A stretch of 63,939 nt of DNA, counting the filler, from Aduncisulcus paluster (Eukaryota), in NCBI GenBank assembly GCA_024181965.1. It is 17 parts of 17 records of this genome, joined end to end, with 100 filler letters (N's around TTAATTAATTAA, not from the genome) between each part and the next. Parts side by side here need not be neighbours in the genome. Positions count along the whole stretch, not along the records: positions 60,750 to 62,261 come from BQXS01010204.1; positions 62,362 to 63,939 come from BQXS01010211.1; 15 more parts are not named here. One strand, given 5' to 3'. Position 1 is the stretch's first letter, and the number at the start of each line of letters is the position of its first letter. The position numbers were made by a program, and so were the translations under genes. The notes beneath the pieces are model-generated. The model was not told the origin of the DNA and searched no databases. It worked only from the letters and a program-made list of their open reading frames with translations. Shown piece by piece: positions 61,341 to 63,939 of this stretch.

Positions 61341-61985
61341 TATATTCCCATATATTCAATAAACCAAAATATAAAAAGTGATTAAACGAAAATAAAAATG
61401 ATAAACCTCAATCCAAATCCTTGTATTATTGTTCATTACACTGCCTTCCTTCCATAGTGTCTTTCCCGTCTTCACAATCCTTGGTTCTTCATGTAATTCT
61501 TGTATATGAAACTTTCGCGGATGTCCGTCTCCTTTTTCCATGATCTTTTCGCTTCTAGGAGTCCTATCCATGACACTAGGAACTGTCTCGCTCCACGTCT
61601 ACCTTTGTGGGCTTCGATAGCCTTGATGACACGTTTTCCTTCGTCTGTCGCTCTCAGTGCCTTGATCATTTCCGCTTGGGTGGCACTGGTTTGCTCGATT
61701 GGTTGAATGTCGTCTACGTGGAAGGACTGTTTCTCTTCCATCCGGTTCTAATTCATTCTTGATTGCGTAGTTTTTGCTTCCGGTTCTCTCGATGATTTCG
61801 AAAGGACCGAAGAGGCTCGATTTGAGCTTAGATTTGTGGTTATGGTTGTGAACGAAAACCTTTTCACCTGGCTGGAATGTCCGAAGCTTTTCTTCTTCGT
61901 CGTCTGCAATACCTTTTGTTTCTTTCCTTCTTTGTTATTCATCTGAAAAAAGACCGGAACCCTCTGAACCTCTTTCAAGGAGATA
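61341..61985 (-). mobile_element. Degenerate gypsy 3' end: integrase C-terminus, chromodomain, PPT and LTR start
   Basis: GPFEII in a shifted frame; FLVSWIG..KRSW chromodomain homologous to 11802..12329. Minus-strand GGAAGGAAGGCAG is followed by TGTAATG from 61440. Confidence 0.8.
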
Positions 61986-62361
61986 AAATAGAAGAAATAT
62001 TTTCTCCATAATCAGGTTGAAATTTTATGCACTCATCATGATGAATTAGTTCTGTCTGGTCATGATAAAGATCAATTTTGGACAAGGCACCAAAAATGCA
62101 TTCAATCATATAATGCCATAAAATTATTATCAAATGATCGGGATAGTGCAGCAAAATGGAAGATTTCTTGGGGACATCCTATATATCTTGTCAATGGAGA
62201 AAAAATTTATCAATTGTGTGGTAGCGCTTTATAATATAACAAATAAAAGTATTAATGCGGANNNNNNNNNNNNNNNNNNNNNNNNNNNNNNNNNNNNNNN
62301 NNNNNTTAATTAATTAANNNNNNNNNNNNNNNNNNNNNNNNNNNNNNNNNNNNNNNNNNNN

Positions 62362-62778
62362 AGTGGAATCCACTCCTAGGTCAGGAGCCTGACTTACAAT
62401 TCTTTTAAAATTTGTGACATATTTAATAAATGCTGTCACTGACAAAGATTTCTCCATCACCACTGTAAAAAGTTCGGTGTGCAAATCATAGGACGTAGCA
62501 GGAGCATCCAGCGAGAAAAGATCTTTCTTAAACTTCTTAGCTTCCTCATCCGTCGAAACTTTCTTCGTTCCGGTCACATCCAACAAAGCAGCACGTAAAG
62601 GAGCGTCAATCAACTTAAACCAATGCGCTGGTTTCTTCACGGTCTTATCCGCGGCGTACGCTTCATATCTTAGGAAAAAATCATTTAAATTTTCCAAAGA
62701 ATACTCCTTAAGAGTAGGAGCAACAACTTTTGTTTCACTTCCACCTTCAGCGGCGGGAGTGTGGTGACCCCACCTCAA
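62362..62778 (-). mobile_element. Gag N-terminus of a related gypsy element
   Basis: TSYDLHTELFTVVMEKSLSVTAFIKYVTNFKRI aligns with TSIGLYDELRLCIMQKKLSLEALLHYISNFRAI of the 14624 gag. Confidence 0.75.
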
Positions 62779-63586
62779 AACTTTTTATAACACGATATTT
62801 CTAGAACAATATTCATTTTTATTATTATTTATTCGAATTATGTTTATTTTATATATTTATTTTATATTCTATGTCTCATAATTTGACATGTAATTGATTT
62901 CACAAGAATCAATCTGATCTCCCGCAAACCAATAAATTGTATCTAACGTTGACGAATCGTCTCCGTGTTATTCGCTTATTTAGTGACTAACACCACAGGA
63001 GTACTTGAATTCGTACTAGAATCTACTGTTGGCATCTTAGCAATAATATTATTGTTGATCCGAAGTAAATTTATAATATGGCTGTAAGCAAATTTATTCC
63101 TTGTTCCATGTTCGCGCCAAATAGAGATACAAAAACTCTAGTTTTCAAAACACAAAAAGCTTGACCTTCCGAACATCGAGTTAAGACGTTATAACGAAGT
63201 ATAAATGTTAATTATAATATCAGATTATAATTATAAAATAAAATAAATAAAGATTTATATTCTGTCATCCATAGACCCATGACAATCGGTTTATTATTCT
63301 TACAATGAAATGATTGCAATCCCCTATTCCCGTGAAGGGAGACTCGCAAATATATTCAAATGAAGCTTTATTCAAATAAAAGAATACCGGTAATCACCGG
63401 TTGATGTCGGTAATATATCAATCTCCACCCTGGAGTCCACCCAAACAGTGAGAATCTAAAAATTGATTTTATTTTAAAAAAAATAACTTCTGAGAAGTTA
63501 CTTCTCAATGAAAATAAACAAACAGACCCCGTTAGAGCTGTCGGACAGTCCTTCATTTTCTAATAATGATTTTCTAAAAATAGAGC

Positions 63587-63939
63587 TCATTTCTTCTCAC
63601 TACTCCCTCTCTTTTGAGAAGGAATATGAGGAGGTTGTCCTTGTTGCATACGATATTGTGGATATTGTGGATATTGTGGATATCCCCCTACTGCTCTAAA
63701 AGGCTGTATGTCTGCAGCCGATGGAGAGAACTCAGACCCTGATGGAGAGAAGTGTGGATGAGGTTGCATGCTGGCGGCAGCAGACATGTACGATTGCCCA
63801 TGTGATGCCCCTTGAACTTGAGGTGGCCCTGACATGTCATGAGTGGGGGGAGGAGGCATATGGTAGTACCCCTGAGGAGGAGGCTGATACATCATGTGAT
63901 ATGGATGAGGAGGAGGAGGAGCCTGATGTCCCATGTGTA
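63587..63939 (-). CDS. C-terminus of a Pro/Gln/His/Tyr-rich low-complexity protein
   Basis: Open from the window end; YPQ repeats. Confidence 0.6.
   Translation of the reverse strand, partial: HMGHQAPPPPHPYHMMYQPPPQGYYHMPPPPTHDMSGPPQVQGASHGQSYMSAAASMQPHPHFSPSGSEFSPSAADIQPFRAVGGYPQYPQYPQYRMQQGQPPHIPSQKRGSSEKK

Overview
This is eukaryotic, intron-poor protist DNA, not one locus. About 17 short contigs are joined by artificial 100-nt linkers (N44-TTAATTAATTAA-N44), and five 20-N scaffold gaps carry artefactual overlap duplications. The gene families (expanded kinase-like genes with the 'GGxVKDFARSWC' motif, 'PKYDANMEWC' repeat proteins) and a GTATGT...CTGA-N5-AG intron suggest a fornicate/Carpediemonas-like organism such as Aduncisulcus. 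That call is from recall, not from a search. Recognisable genes: RPB1, a GCN2-like eIF2-alpha kinase, an ERK7/MAPK15-type MAP kinase, a HAD-IIA phosphatase, an eIF2B-delta-like protein, an intron-split RPA3-like gene, a DnaJ membrane protein, EGF and REJ-like surface proteins, and a very divergent kinesin-like protein. Mobile DNA: a nest of Ty3/gypsy elements (chromodomain visible in two) plus a DIRS-like remnant, and a Tc1/mariner-like end present in two copies. Most notable observations: (1) a dispersed repeat built on a long hairpin enclosing a hammerhead-like CTGA...GAAACGTC core; (2) a hairpin-type 8-bp transposon excision footprint that frameshifts a gene; (3) a tandem gene array with identical spacers but patchily diverged coding sequence; (4) a probable pseudo-kinesin.
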